From: Terriglobia bacterium
GTDB taxonomy: Bacteria; Acidobacteriota; Terriglobia; 20CM-2-55-15
Reading direction: 5' to 3'
Assembly: GCA_965218585.1 (NCBI GenBank)
Contig: CBDCLE010000007.1
Span: 1-64,000, forward strand
DNA: 64,000 bases
The notes below the pieces were generated by a model that saw only the letters and a program-made list of their open reading frames with translations, was not told the origin of the DNA and searched no databases. Positions 32,973 through 42,929 of the stretch are shown here, piece after piece. The position numbers and the translations under genes were made by a program. Each line of letters begins with the position of its first letter. The stretch's first letter is position 1.

Positions 32973-33812
32973 CTAAGCGCGAAGCATCGAATCTGCGACC
33001 TCAACGACGACCCGCATGCGGGCTACGTCGTGGACCCGAACGATCTGTGCACCCCCTGCGACAGCCAGGGCGACCGAAGCCGCTGTGCTCCAGTCAGAAG
33101 CCTCAGGTACAGGTATATCTACTCTAATAAACGATTTACGGGACGTGCCCACCAGCAACGGATAGCCTAGTGTACTAAAAAGGTCGAGCCTTTTTAAAAC
33201 TTTTAGGCTCGTTCGACGGCCCTTCGAGAAGCCGATACCCGGATCTACCACAATCGATTCAGGGGATATTCCGTTCCGGACGGCAGCAGCGGCCGTCCGG
33301 AACAATTCGTCTCGAATCGTTTCGGGTCCCTCCCCTTTCTTGTGCTCATGGATAGCCTCCCGCTCGCCGCGGCTGTGCATCAACACCACGCCTGCTCCGG
33401 TGTCGCGTGCGACCTCCACTATCTTGGGATCCAACCGGAAACCGCTGATGTCGTTAATGACCTGAGCGCCGGCGTCCATAGCCTGCTCGGCTACTTCGGC
33501 ATGGTAGGTGTCGATGGAAATCGGGATCTTGATGGTGGCCGCGACCCGCTTCAGTGTCGGGATGACACGGTGGGCTTCTTCAACTACGTCCACCAGGCCG
33601 CTCTTGGGACGGGTGGACTGTCCACCGATATCCAGAATGTCGGCACCTTCTGTCTCGATTTCCAATGCTCTGTCCACCGCACGCTCGGTGTCGTTATAGA
33701 GGCCACCATCGGAAAAAGAATCGGGCGTCAGGTTGATGATCCCCATGATCGCTGTCCGTGGGCCGAGTTCGATCGAAGCTCGTGACAACTTCCACGTGTA
33801 GTTCTTACGCAT
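32973..33812 (-). CDS. folP: Dihydropteroate synthase
   Basis: MGIINLTPDSFSDGG, STRP, SIDT, DPGIGF, SRKSF, RVHDV. Confidence 0.96.
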   Translation of the reverse strand: MRKNYTWKLSRASIELGPRTAIMGIINLTPDSFSDGGLYNDTERAVDRALEIETEGADILDIGGQSTRPKSGLVDVVEEAHRVIPTLKRVAATIKIPISIDTYHAEVAEQAMDAGAQVINDISGFRLDPKIVEVARDTGAGVVLMHSRGEREAIHEHKKGEGPETIRDELFRTAAAAVRNGISPESIVVDPGIGFSKGRRTSLKVLKRLDLFSTLGYPLLVGTSRKSFIRVDIPVPEASDWSTAASVALAVAGGAQIVRVHDVARMRVVVEVADSMLRA

Positions 33813-33860
33813 AAAGAAAAAGCGCGGCATAGCAGCCGCGCAATGGGTTTCCGAGGAAAG

Positions 33861-33940
33861 TGGGGTCAGAGCCCTATTTCCCTAATTCCTGCCTACATTT
33901 ATTCCAGCTGACAAAGTAGGAAAATAGGGCTCTGATCCCA
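33861..33940. repeat. REP-like inverted repeat
   Basis: tggggtcagagccctattt ... aaatagggctctgatccca; single arm repeated at 37378-37393. Confidence 0.65.
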
Positions 33941-33961
33941 TTTTCCCCTAAGCCCCTATTT

Positions 33962-35881
33962 TTACGCTGGCGACGGGTTTTCGTGCGGCGGAATGGGAGG
34001 AACGACCTTATCCTTGTCGGTTTCTTCAGCCGGGCTTTCTTCGCCCTTTTCGTCCTCATCTTTCCGCGGCGTGGGAGCCGGTTTGTCCTTCAACGGTTCC
34101 CCGTCAAGCAACATCTGAATCTCGATGCCGTCCAGAGATTCTCGCTCGAGCAAGGCTTCGGCAATGCGGCCCAACGCGTCTTTGTTGTCGGTCAAAATTC
34201 CTTTAGCGCGTTCGTAGCCCTGCATCACGAAATTATGCACCTGTATGTCGATCGATTCAGCTGTTCCCTCACTGTAATCCCGATGCTGACTGATCTCACG
34301 TCCGAGGAAGATCTGTTCTTCCTGACGACCAAACGTCAGCGGACCGAGCTTAGACATGCCGTACTGGCAGACCATCTTGCGCGCCAGTTCGGTTGCCTGC
34401 TCGATGTCGTTTCCGGCACCGGTTGTTACCGTGTCGAGGAAAAGCTCCTCGGCCAAACGGCCGCCCATCATGATCGCGAGTTGTCCCTCCAGATACGTTC
34501 GAGGATAGGTGTGCCGATCGTCCACCGGTAGCTGTTGCGTCACTCCCAGGGCCATGCCACGGGGAATGATCGTTACCTTGTGCAGCGGGTCGGCGCCGGG
34601 AACCAGAACAGCGACCAGCGCATGTCCCGCTTCGTGATATGCCGTAACCTTTTTTTCTTGCTCGCTGATGATCAACGACCTTCGAGCCACGCCCATCAAC
34701 ACCTTGTCCTTGGAAGTCTCGAAATCTTCCTGGGCGACTGCCTTGTGGTTCATCCGCGCAGCGTTCAATGCCGCCTCGTTGACAAGATTCGCCAGATCAG
34801 CGCCCGAGAAGCCCGGTGTGCCGCGGGCGACGACACCGATATCCACGTCATCGGTCAGAGGGATCTTTCTGATGTGAACGGCCAGGATACCTTCGCGCCC
34901 TTTGACGTCGGGCCGTGGCACAACCACCCGCCGGTCGAAACGGCCGGGTCTCAGCAAAGCCGGATCCAGGACGTCGGGCCGGTTTGTGGCCGCCACCAGG
35001 ATGACGCCCTCGTTGGATTCAAACCCGTCCATCTCGACGAGCAACTGGTTCAGAGTCTGCTCGCGTTCGTCGTGACCCCCGCCCAGGCCTGCCCCCCGGT
35101 GGCGGCCAACGGCGTCGATCTCATCAATAAAGATGATGCAGGGTGCGTTCTTCTTGCCCTGTTCAAAGAGGTCGCGGACGCGCGAGGCTCCCACACCGAC
35201 GAACATTTCGACAAAATCAGATCCGCTGATGGAGAAAAAGGGAACATTGGCCTCTCCTGCGATCGCGCGTGCCAGGAGCGTTTTGCCCGTTCCCGGAGGG
35301 CCGACCAGCAGAACGCCCTTTGGGATGCGCCCGCCCAGTTTCTGGAATTTCTGGGGTTCTTTCAGAAAGTCGATGATTTCGTGAAGCTCGTCTTTCGCTT
35401 CATCCACTCCGGCGACGTCCTTGAACGTGATCTTCTTCTGATGTGCCGTCAGCAGGCGAGCCCGGCTCTTGCCAAACGAGAGAGCTTTGTTTCCGCCGCT
35501 CTGCATCTGGCGCATGAAAAAGATCCAGAATCCGATGATGAAGAGGAACGGTGCCCAGGAGAGCAGTGCCGTCAGCCAAGGACTCTGGTTCGACGGTTCG
35601 CCTTCGATAACGACATTTCTTTCCCTGAGCAGGCTCAGCAATTCCGGATAGTCCATGGGGATGTATGTTCTGAAGGCCTCGCCCGATGTGAGTTCTCCAG
35701 TGACCTCGGATTCGGCGATCGTAACTTCTCTGACCGCTCCGCGCTCCACTTCCTCCATGAACCGGGTGAAGTTGAACTCGGCTTCCGTACCGGTTGTCGT
35801 TCGCTGAACGACTTGGTACAGAAGGACCGCGGTCAGCAGGAGCGCGACCCAGAAGAGAATGGTCTTGGCTGTCGAATTCAA
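33962..35881 (-). CDS. ftsH: ATP-dependent zinc metalloprotease FtsH
   Basis: Two TM helices, [26 protein letters not shown]. Confidence 0.98.
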   Translation of the reverse strand: MNSTAKTILFWVALLLTAVLLYQVVQRTTTGTEAEFNFTRFMEEVERGAVREVTIAESEVTGELTSGEAFRTYIPMDYPELLSLLRERNVVIEGEPSNQSPWLTALLSWAPFLFIIGFWIFFMRQMQSGGNKALSFGKSRARLLTAHQKKITFKDVAGVDEAKDELHEIIDFLKEPQKFQKLGGRIPKGVLLVGPPGTGKTLLARAIAGEANVPFFSISGSDFVEMFVGVGASRVRDLFEQGKKNAPCIIFIDEIDAVGRHRGAGLGGGHDEREQTLNQLLVEMDGFESNEGVILVAATNRPDVLDPALLRPGRFDRRVVVPRPDVKGREGILAVHIRKIPLTDDVDIGVVARGTPGFSGADLANLVNEAALNAARMNHKAVAQEDFETSKDKVLMGVARRSLIISEQEKKVTAYHEAGHALVAVLVPGADPLHKVTIIPRGMALGVTQQLPVDDRHTYPRTYLEGQLAIMMGGRLAEELFLDTVTTGAGNDIEQATELARKMVCQYGMSKLGPLTFGRQEEQIFLGREISQHRDYSEGTAESIDIQVHNFVMQGYERAKGILTDNKDALGRIAEALLERESLDGIEIQMLLDGEPLKDKPAPTPRKDEDEKGEESPAEETDKDKVVPPIPPHENPSPA

Positions 35882-35963
35882 AAGAAACCCCCTAGGCGCC
35901 TCGATTCGTCCGGGCTCATGTACTTAGACAGTTCTCGAGCCCAAAACGTTTCGTCTGCCGGCG

Positions 35964-37334
35964 CTATCTCACCTCTGCCGATGGCACAGCCTCAAACTCG
36001 ACGATTCTTCGGGAAGCTCCCGTCGGGACGAAATCACGGGAGACGGGAAACGAGGCTACCCAGACAATAGATGATTGGGCGACAAAAACCGGCCACTGAA
36101 GTCTCTTCCGCTGGGGAATTCGCTCCCGTTGGAACAACTCCTTCAGCTTGGCCGCCCCGAGACCGTTCGGATTGTAGAAGTCGCCGTTTTTCCAGTTCCT
36201 GATCTTAACACACGGTCCCAGAGATTCACCATCGACAAAGGTCCCTTCCTGCTTAGGTTTAAGGGCTTCCGGCGAACGCAGGTGCGCCTGGAAAACGGTG
36301 TCGATTTCCGGGACATGGACCCGGCCCGGAATGGGCAGTTCGTATTCGTAGTCGGCGGGCGTGGCAGCCGCCGGGCGGAACACCAACTGACCGAAATTCC
36401 GTTCCACGGTGATCGAACCCGGCAACTCAATGATTCGACCGCTCTTACCTGCTTTGAGCAGGCCACGAATGCTTTCGACGTGGTCGAACCCGATATCCCT
36501 CATCTCCGAGCCCGCCAGCTCCAGCGACGCTCTTAGGACCCTTCGGACGAGCGCGACCGGCTGGGCGGGGAGGTCCTCGAGGTCAACGACCAGGCTCCCA
36601 CGCTCTTCCGATGTTCTTGATTCGAGCCAGGTCCGGGACTCTGCCTCCATCCAGGCGTCCTCGGCCTCGAGAATATCGATGGTTCGCGCCAGGGACTCCC
36701 TAAGACGCGGATTGAATTCCGAAGCCAGCTCGGGAAGGACCACGTGGCGGATTCTGTTTCTGCTGAACCGGGTGTCCGTGTTGGTCAGGTCTTCCCGCCA
36801 CGGCTGATTCATTTCCTTCAGGTGGGCTTCGATTTCGCTGCGGCTGGTTTCGATCAGGGGCCGGACGATGTCGCCCGAGATGGGGCGCATCGAGGCCAGA
36901 CCCCGTGGTCCCGAACCCCGGAGCAGGTGGAACAGGAAGGTTTCGATCCGGTCGTCCACCGAATGTGCCAGCGCGAGCTTAGAAAAGCCCTCGCGATCCA
37001 TAGTTTCCCGGAAGAATGCGTGGCGGGCCCGGCGGGCTTTGGCTTCAGCGTTGCCGGATCCAGAATCTGCCAGGGCCTCGTGAACAAAGAACCTCAGATC
37101 GAGCCTTTTCGCCAGATCCTCAACGAATCGGGCGTCGCCGTCAGATTCGGTGCCGCGCCAGCCGTGGTTGACGTGAGCCAGGCCCGGCGTGAAACCCAGT
37201 TCTTTCAGAACATGCGCAAGACACACGGAGTCGGCTCCACCGGAGACTCCGACCAGCACGGAGTCTGGGCCCGATAGCATCCGCCGTTTTTCAATCGTCG
37301 CCGCGACCCTGGCGACCAGGGATCCATTTTTCAT
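35964..37334 (-). CDS. tilS: tRNA(Ile)-lysidine synthetase
   Basis: VSGGADS PP-loop, HVNHG.R, AH..DD..ET, RGSG, RPL, RNRIR; upstream of ftsH. Confidence 0.95.
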   Translation of the reverse strand: MKNGSLVARVAATIEKRRMLSGPDSVLVGVSGGADSVCLAHVLKELGFTPGLAHVNHGWRGTESDGDARFVEDLAKRLDLRFFVHEALADSGSGNAEAKARRARHAFFRETMDREGFSKLALAHSVDDRIETFLFHLLRGSGPRGLASMRPISGDIVRPLIETSRSEIEAHLKEMNQPWREDLTNTDTRFSRNRIRHVVLPELASEFNPRLRESLARTIDILEAEDAWMEAESRTWLESRTSEERGSLVVDLEDLPAQPVALVRRVLRASLELAGSEMRDIGFDHVESIRGLLKAGKSGRIIELPGSITVERNFGQLVFRPAAATPADYEYELPIPGRVHVPEIDTVFQAHLRSPEALKPKQEGTFVDGESLGPCVKIRNWKNGDFYNPNGLGAAKLKELFQRERIPQRKRLQWPVFVAQSSIVWVASFPVSRDFVPTGASRRIVEFEAVPSAEVR

Positions 37335-37406
37335 GATTGGTTCAAACGATTATGATGGAACTTTGCGGCAGGAAAAAGGGGTCAGAGCCCTATGTCTCCA
37401 TTTTCC

Positions 37407-37592
37407 CTACTCGCGAGCAGTAACCCGGTCGCATTTGATCTCGGCGAGCCGCTGGGCGCGCCGATCGTCGGATTCCACCAGAATTGCCCGTTTCGTGCGA
37501 CCGTCGTCGGTCGTGCACTTGAACGTGTACTCGTACACGTCGGGCTTTCCGGCAAGTGGGACTTTGCTGACTTGAATGCACTTGCAGGGCAT
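37407..37592 (-). CDS. Small hypothetical protein (61 aa, 4 Cys)
   Basis: Fills the gap between tilS and the HAD gene; protein-like composition; no strong RBS. Confidence 0.4.
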   Translation of the reverse strand: MPCKCIQVSKVPLAGKPDVYEYTFKCTTDDGRTKRAILVESDDRRAQRLAEIKCDRVTARE

Positions 37593-37621
37593 ATCAAAAG
37601 ATTATAAGGACACATTATCGG

Positions 37622-38272
37622 ATGACACATTCTTCAATCACAACAGTTCTCTTCGACCTCGATGGCACCCTTATTAACACCTACGACTTAATTGTTGAAA
37701 GCTTTCGTTACACCGCCCAGGCGCATGACGTGGAGCCCGCGATTGAGCAATATTGGCGCGACAATGTTGGCATTCCGCTTCGGATACAGTTCCGGGCGTT
37801 TACTGAAGACCCGGACGGGATCCAGGAATTGATAGCTACCTACCTGGAGCACAACAGGGAACATCACGACGCTCTCGTCAAGGAGTATCCCGGAGTCCGC
37901 GACACTGTGAAGGCATTGCACAAAGCCGGGTATCGGCTGGGAGTGGTGACCAGCAAGATGCACGGAATGCTGGAACGTGGCTTGTCTCTGGGCGGATACG
38001 ATGGGCTGTTTGAGGTTGTGATTGGGGCTGACGACGTGGAAAATCCGAAGCCCCACGCCGAACCTGTACTGAAGGCACTAGAGGGCCTCGAAGTGGTCCC
38101 AGAAGTCGCCGCCTTCATTGGTGATTCTCCACACGACATAGCGTCCGGACACGCAGCGGGTGTCCGGACTGGTGCGGCACTCTGGGGCCCGTTTGCGCGC
38201 GAAGTTTTTGAAGCCCATCAACCCGACCACTGGTTCGAAGCCCCCTCTGACATCGAGCGACTATTGCTGTAA
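37622..38272 (+). CDS. HAD-superfamily hydrolase (PpaX/phosphoglycolate phosphatase-like)
   Basis: FDLDGTL, VTSK, KPHAEP, GDSPHD. Confidence 0.9.
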   Translation: MTHSSITTVLFDLDGTLINTYDLIVESFRYTAQAHDVEPAIEQYWRDNVGIPLRIQFRAFTEDPDGIQELIATYLEHNREHHDALVKEYPGVRDTVKALHKAGYRLGVVTSKMHGMLERGLSLGGYDGLFEVVIGADDVENPKPHAEPVLKALEGLEVVPEVAAFIGDSPHDIASGHAAGVRTGAALWGPFAREVFEAHQPDHWFEAPSDIERLLL

Positions 38273-38527
38273 CAGCAGAAAACTTTTGCCATGGACCTGT
38301 TCTGTCTGAGAGTCGGTTGATACTGGCCTCACCTCAGATCTCCCACAGGGCGGGCGATCAGCACGGAAACGAGTTGATCGCCTGCCTCGTGTCTTGGTTC
38401 TCAGTTTAAATTTTTCAGGTAAAGTCGCGCAGATCGATGTTGGCGATCACCAGTTCCAACCGATCGCCTCAAAAAGAAAGGGCACTGCCTTTCCGGTCTG
38501 CGCCCCTTTCCCTTCGTTTTGCTCGAA

Positions 38528-38600
38528 TGCCGGCGGGTGGACTCGAACCACCGACCTAAGGATTATGAGACCTTCGCTCTAACCTCTGAGCTACGCCGGC
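38528..38600 (-). tRNA. tRNA with CAT anticodon (elongator Met or Ile2)
   Basis: gccggcgtagctcagaggttagagcgaaggtctcataatcctt...ggttcgagtcc; G1-C72 paired, so not initiator. Confidence 0.92.
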
Positions 38601-38636
38601 TTGGCGTCTTCGACTCGGGAGACCAAAACATCCATT

Positions 38637-40790
38637 CTAACCGGAGCGATTACCCTTGGCCAGTACCGGCAGGAAATAGGCGCGCCCCAACAGCTTATCC
38701 ACTCGCGCCACCTGAACCCGGAGCCGCTGTCCGAGCTTGTACTTTCTCCGCGTTCCCCGTCCGGTAAGGGTGTGGGAACGGGGATCCAGTTCGTAGTAGT
38801 CGTCGGCCATGTCTTCGACAGACACGAGGCCTTCGATAAAGTAGTCGACCAACTCCACTCGGATTCCCTTTCCCCAGACGCTGATGATGACGGCATCGAG
38901 CGTCTCACCCAGATGTTCTTCAAGCAGCATCATTCGCTTCCAATCGAAGAGGTCGCGCTCGGCCTGGTCGGCGACCCGTTCGGTTGAGCTCGAGGTGGCG
39001 GCTATCGCCTCAAGTTCGACGAGTGAATAGCCCGAACGCCGACGGCCGGACAGGTAGGCCTTGAGCAGGCGATGCACTACCAGATCGGGATACCTTCGAA
39101 TCGGAGACGTGAAATGGGTGTAGCTCCCAGAGGCCAGTCCAAAATGGCCCCGGTTTTGTGTGGAATAGACAGCCTGTTTGAACGAGCGAAGGACAATAAA
39201 CGAGATCATCCGTTCGTCTGGCCGGCCTTCTATTGAATCGAGGAACTTCTGGAATGTTGCGGGAGTCAGCTTACGCGGCCGAAAGCGCACGCCTAACGAT
39301 GCGAGTGTGTCGCTGAGTTCTCCCACCTTCTCCGGGTCCGGACGCTCGTGGACGCGGAACATCGTCGCCGGCATTTCGGTCTCGAGCAATCGCGCAACGG
39401 CTTCGTTGGCCGAGATCATGAACTCTTCGATCATGCGATGGGAAAAATAGCGCTCGGCCTTGACGATGCCTTCGACCAGCCCTTCTTCGTCATAGGTCAG
39501 CTCGGGTTCGGGAAGATCGAAGTCGATGGTTCCTCGCTTGATCCGATGTTGTCGCAGCAGATAAGCCGCGCGTTCGAGTAACTCGATGGCTCCTACCATC
39601 CGCCGGTGCCGCTTTCTGGAGGGACCATCGCCGTCCAGAATCTTCTGGACGGTTTCGTAGTCCATACGTTCTTCGGAACGGATCACGCTTTCATGAAACG
39701 TCTGTCCGAGGATCGATCCGTCAGCTCCGATTTCGAGGACAACGCTCATCGTGAGCCGGTCCGTACGTGGATTGAGCGAGCAGATATCGTTGGAGAGTCT
39801 TTCGGGCAACATCGGCACAACGCTATCGGGGAAATACACGGAACAGCCGCGTTCTCGAGCGTCCTTGTCAGTGGCAGAACCGGGCGCTACGAAGTGGGAG
39901 ACGTCTGCGATATGGACACCCAGGCGGAATCCACCGTCTTCGAGTTCTTCGACGTCGACTGCATCGTCGAAGTCACGGGCTGTGGCCGGATCGATTGTCA
40001 GGGTTCCCCTGTCCCTGAAGTCATCTCGCGCGAGGATGGCCTCTTCGCTGAGAGCCACTGGAAGTTTGGAGACTTCTTCCTCGACTGCTTGAGGAAAATC
40101 GACACTCAATCCGTACTTCTTAATGATGACGTTCGTCTCGACATCGGGATCGTCGATGAAGCCCAGGACCGAGACAAGCTCTCCAGCGGGCCAGGTTGAT
40201 TCGGAACCGAAACGGGTCAACTCGATCTCGACGATCTTGTCCTTGTGTTCGGACACCTCCCCTTTGATCAGGATCTTTTCCGACAGCTTCTCGTCGGCCG
40301 GAGACAGGAAGTAGGTTCGCCCGTCGTATCGAACCTGTCCCACGACTTTTGTTCGAGCTCGTTCCTCTACACGGATGACCCTGCCCTCGACATTCTTCAA
40401 GGAGACGATCGCTATGGCGACGCGGTCGCCGTCCATCGATGAACCAACTTTTGGGGGCGGGATGAAGATGTCGCCGGTTATACCTGGAATACTTTCTTCG
40501 AGAGTGACGAAACCGTAGCTGTCGGCGTGGAGCGAGATGCGTCCCGTATAGAGTGCCACTGAGGGCGGCGCCTCATAACGGTTTCCCTTGTGGCGGACGA
40601 GCTTTTCCTCTTTGACCAGCTGGTCGAGGATGTCCTTGATCTGCTTGCGATCCGTCTTGTCGGCTCCGAAGTCGTCTAGGATATGGCGAAAGCCGGCAGA
40701 CCGTTCGGGTTGGTTACGAATGTAGGCGAGAAGGCTTTCCTTGGAGAAATCTCCGCCCTCGATTCTCTTTCGTGGTTTGCTCCCTGCCAC
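38637..40790 (-). CDS. rnr: Ribonuclease R
   Basis: TIDP.TARDFDDA, HIADVS, SVYFP, IEEFM, GHFGLA, YTHFTSPIRRYPDL, S1 domain. Confidence 0.95.
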   Translation of the reverse strand: MAGSKPRKRIEGGDFSKESLLAYIRNQPERSAGFRHILDDFGADKTDRKQIKDILDQLVKEEKLVRHKGNRYEAPPSVALYTGRISLHADSYGFVTLEESIPGITGDIFIPPPKVGSSMDGDRVAIAIVSLKNVEGRVIRVEERARTKVVGQVRYDGRTYFLSPADEKLSEKILIKGEVSEHKDKIVEIELTRFGSESTWPAGELVSVLGFIDDPDVETNVIIKKYGLSVDFPQAVEEEVSKLPVALSEEAILARDDFRDRGTLTIDPATARDFDDAVDVEELEDGGFRLGVHIADVSHFVAPGSATDKDARERGCSVYFPDSVVPMLPERLSNDICSLNPRTDRLTMSVVLEIGADGSILGQTFHESVIRSEERMDYETVQKILDGDGPSRKRHRRMVGAIELLERAAYLLRQHRIKRGTIDFDLPEPELTYDEEGLVEGIVKAERYFSHRMIEEFMISANEAVARLLETEMPATMFRVHERPDPEKVGELSDTLASLGVRFRPRKLTPATFQKFLDSIEGRPDERMISFIVLRSFKQAVYSTQNRGHFGLASGSYTHFTSPIRRYPDLVVHRLLKAYLSGRRRSGYSLVELEAIAATSSSTERVADQAERDLFDWKRMMLLEEHLGETLDAVIISVWGKGIRVELVDYFIEGLVSVEDMADDYYELDPRSHTLTGRGTRRKYKLGQRLRVQVARVDKLLGRAYFLPVLAKGNRSG

Positions 40791-40878
40791 CTCACCACTT
40801 GTGTCACATCCAGCGGCTGTTTACAAACGGCCGGCTCGGTTGACTTCGCTGACTGGTCGCTTTACATTGAAAGTCCAG

Positions 40879-40962
40879 GCCGAAATGGCGGAATTGGTAG
40901 ACGCGCTAGATTCAGGATCTAGTGGGGGCAACCCCGTGGAGGTTCGAGTCCTCTTTTCGGCA
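40879..40962 (+). tRNA. tRNA-Leu(CAG), CCA not encoded
   Basis: gccgaaatggcggaattggtagacgcgctagattcaggatctag, long variable arm, ggttcgagtcc. Confidence 0.96.
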
Positions 40963-41191
40963 TTATTCGAATCAACCACTTAATGCCCCTAAATCCGTCA
41001 TCCCCGCTCCGCATGCGCGGGTGTCGTCCAGTTTTTCTCCAGTCCCCTTTGACCGGAGTGTTCGACTGACCTCGACAACGCGGTCATCGAGGATCACGTC
41101 GCTAACGAACTCCGTGCTAGCAAGACTAGCCCCGGAGATCTGACTGTTTTGTTGACCTGAAATCTCGCCTGTAGTCTTATTCATCCGATGG

Positions 41192-41260
41192 ATGAAACTC
41201 GGCCACTACGAAATTCTCTCAGCCCTCGGCAAGGGTGGAATGAGAGAAGTGTCGCGTACT
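41192..41260 (+). pseudogene. N-terminal remnant of a Ser/Thr protein kinase
   Basis: KLGHYEILSALGKGGMREV matches the kinase Gly-loop start (LG.GGMGEV); similarity ends immediately after. Confidence 0.6.
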
Positions 41261-41379
41261 TCGAGCCCTTGGGAGACACGCCATTTCGGGCGCTGCAGGC
41301 GGATAAGGCACTCAAGGACTAGCGGCCTGTTTCCGGCTACAAAATCTAACACCACACCGACACCTCAGGAGAACTAGCG

Positions 41380-41895
41380 ATGAAGTACCGTTTCCCAGCC
41401 CGCATGTTGCCCGGCACCATAGTCGTTTTATTACTCGCAGGCTGCAGCAGCTCGGGATCGAGTTTCGAATACATTCACCTGCCAGGCACGGAGCCGGCGG
41501 CTGGAGCGAATATGCCGTTTACGTCCGCCATTCGAGTGGCCTCAGGAAACATCGTGTTCCTGTCGGGGATTACGGCCGCGCCGGTTCCGCACAGTCATCC
41601 CCACATACCCTCGGAGTTCGATCACCTGGACTTCAGCGCTACAGCTCAAGCCGAGGCCGTTATGGAGGGGTTGCAGAGTACGATAGAGGCTGCGGGCGGC
41701 GAGCTCACCGACATCATTCAGGTGACACGTTTCACCGTCGACATCGACGCGAATCAGGATGCAATCAACGCCGTCATGAACCGCCACTGGGGCGAGGACC
41801 ATCGGCCCGCGAGCACTACCGTGGAGATCGTCCGGCTTGCGACCGATCCTCGCTTCGTCCTGGAGGTTGAGGCCGTCGCCGTCTTGTCCAAATGA
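41380..41895 (+). CDS. Rid (YjgF/YER057c/UK114) family lipoprotein
   Basis: Lipobox LLAGC; FLSG, PASTTVEI..L, LEVEAVA. Confidence 0.85.
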   Translation: MKYRFPARMLPGTIVVLLLAGCSSSGSSFEYIHLPGTEPAAGANMPFTSAIRVASGNIVFLSGITAAPVPHSHPHIPSEFDHLDFSATAQAEAVMEGLQSTIEAAGGELTDIIQVTRFTVDIDANQDAINAVMNRHWGEDHRPASTTVEIVRLATDPRFVLEVEAVAVLSK

Positions 41896-42016
41896 TGTCT
41901 AGCCCGGTTTGAACGCGAAGCCAGACCTGCCCGCGCCCTGCGGAATCTCAGCGCCGTTTCGATGGATTCGTTCCGGTCGAATCCGTGTAGATCAGCAGGC
42001 ACATCACGGTCTAGTC

Positions 42017-42685
42017 TTACTCTAACTCCGCAGCAGTCTTCTGGACTAATATGTCCTTGATTGCCGCCTCCCAGTCGCCGGGTAAGAATCCGAACGGCCC
42101 TTGTTCCGAGTGGTAGGTGATCCTGCCTTCCGCGTCCAGCAGAAACAGCCGATCGGGGAACGCTCGGTAAGCGTCTTCCACTTGGTTGCTCATATCATCA
42201 AGCGCCATAGGCATTTTCAAATTGAGCCGGAGAACGCACGTTGCTGCCTCCTCGGCACGGTCCTCGATCTCAATGTGTTGGTTGATAACGATGCCTTCTG
42301 CGGCATTGTTGCTGGAGCGGTAGCCGCCGACGCTGTCCTCGGGATGGGCTTCCTTGATGTATAGGCACAGGAACTGAACATCATCTCGGTAGGTTTCGAA
42401 AATCTCGTTCAGGCGCACGGCCTGCTCACGAAAAGGCGGTCACGTATATGATCCCATGAGGAGCGCCATCGGTTTTCCCCTGGACGAGGATAAGCTGAAC
42501 ATCTCCCCGGTCCGCGCGCCCTCCGGTGTCAGCATTTCCACCTCGAAGTCGGGCGCCGCCGTGCCGACCTTGGGCACACCTTTGTCTCGCTCCTTCTTGT
42601 AAGTTAGATACTTGGTAAATTCCTCTTGTGAAATGCCGAATTCGATCGCCAGGTCGCGTGCCATATTGTTATCGATTTTTGCCAT
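42017..42685 (-). CDS. Iodothyronine deiodinase-like thioredoxin-fold selenoprotein (UGA at 42440-42442 read as Sec)
   Basis: APDF..KP.AL.MGSYT-TGA-PPF..YIKEAHP..Y.AFPDRL..GPFGF in one frame; hairpin downstream of the UGA. Confidence 0.88.
42405..42431 (-). promoter_or_regulatory. Candidate bacterial SECIS element
   Basis: ucgugag-caggc-CGUGC-gccug-aacga hairpin; loop starts 20 nt after the UGA, with G at loop position 2. Confidence 0.65.
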
Positions 42686-42929
42686 CTCGGTTTCTCCCTG
42701 AACAAGGATACGTCGAATTTCAGTATTGGTCGAGTCGGCAACTCCCTCCGACCTCTCCCGCTCTTCGCGCTCTCCTCGACTCAATTAAACTCAATTTTTC
42801 ACGCCTTTCACCTCAGTATTGGAATGAGAAAGCCGACTGGTGACGTTCTCCCCGATCCGCTGCGCTACAATGTTCCACCAGGATCGATTTACGACACGGA
42901 AGACTCATCCGCCGATTGGAGGGCATGTC

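Noticed and set aside
34535-36070. 511-aa plus-strand ORF and similar long antisense ORFs (2485-3489, 58896-59693, 61549-62466)
   Set aside because: Shadow frames opposite well-supported genes in GC-rich DNA; no motifs
38528-38600. Assigning the CAT tRNA as Ile2 because tilS is nearby
   Set aside because: The acceptor stem looks as compatible with elongator Met; cannot be decided by eye
41898-42015. CTAG-flanked segment as another MITE
   Set aside because: Terminal inverted repeat too weak to support
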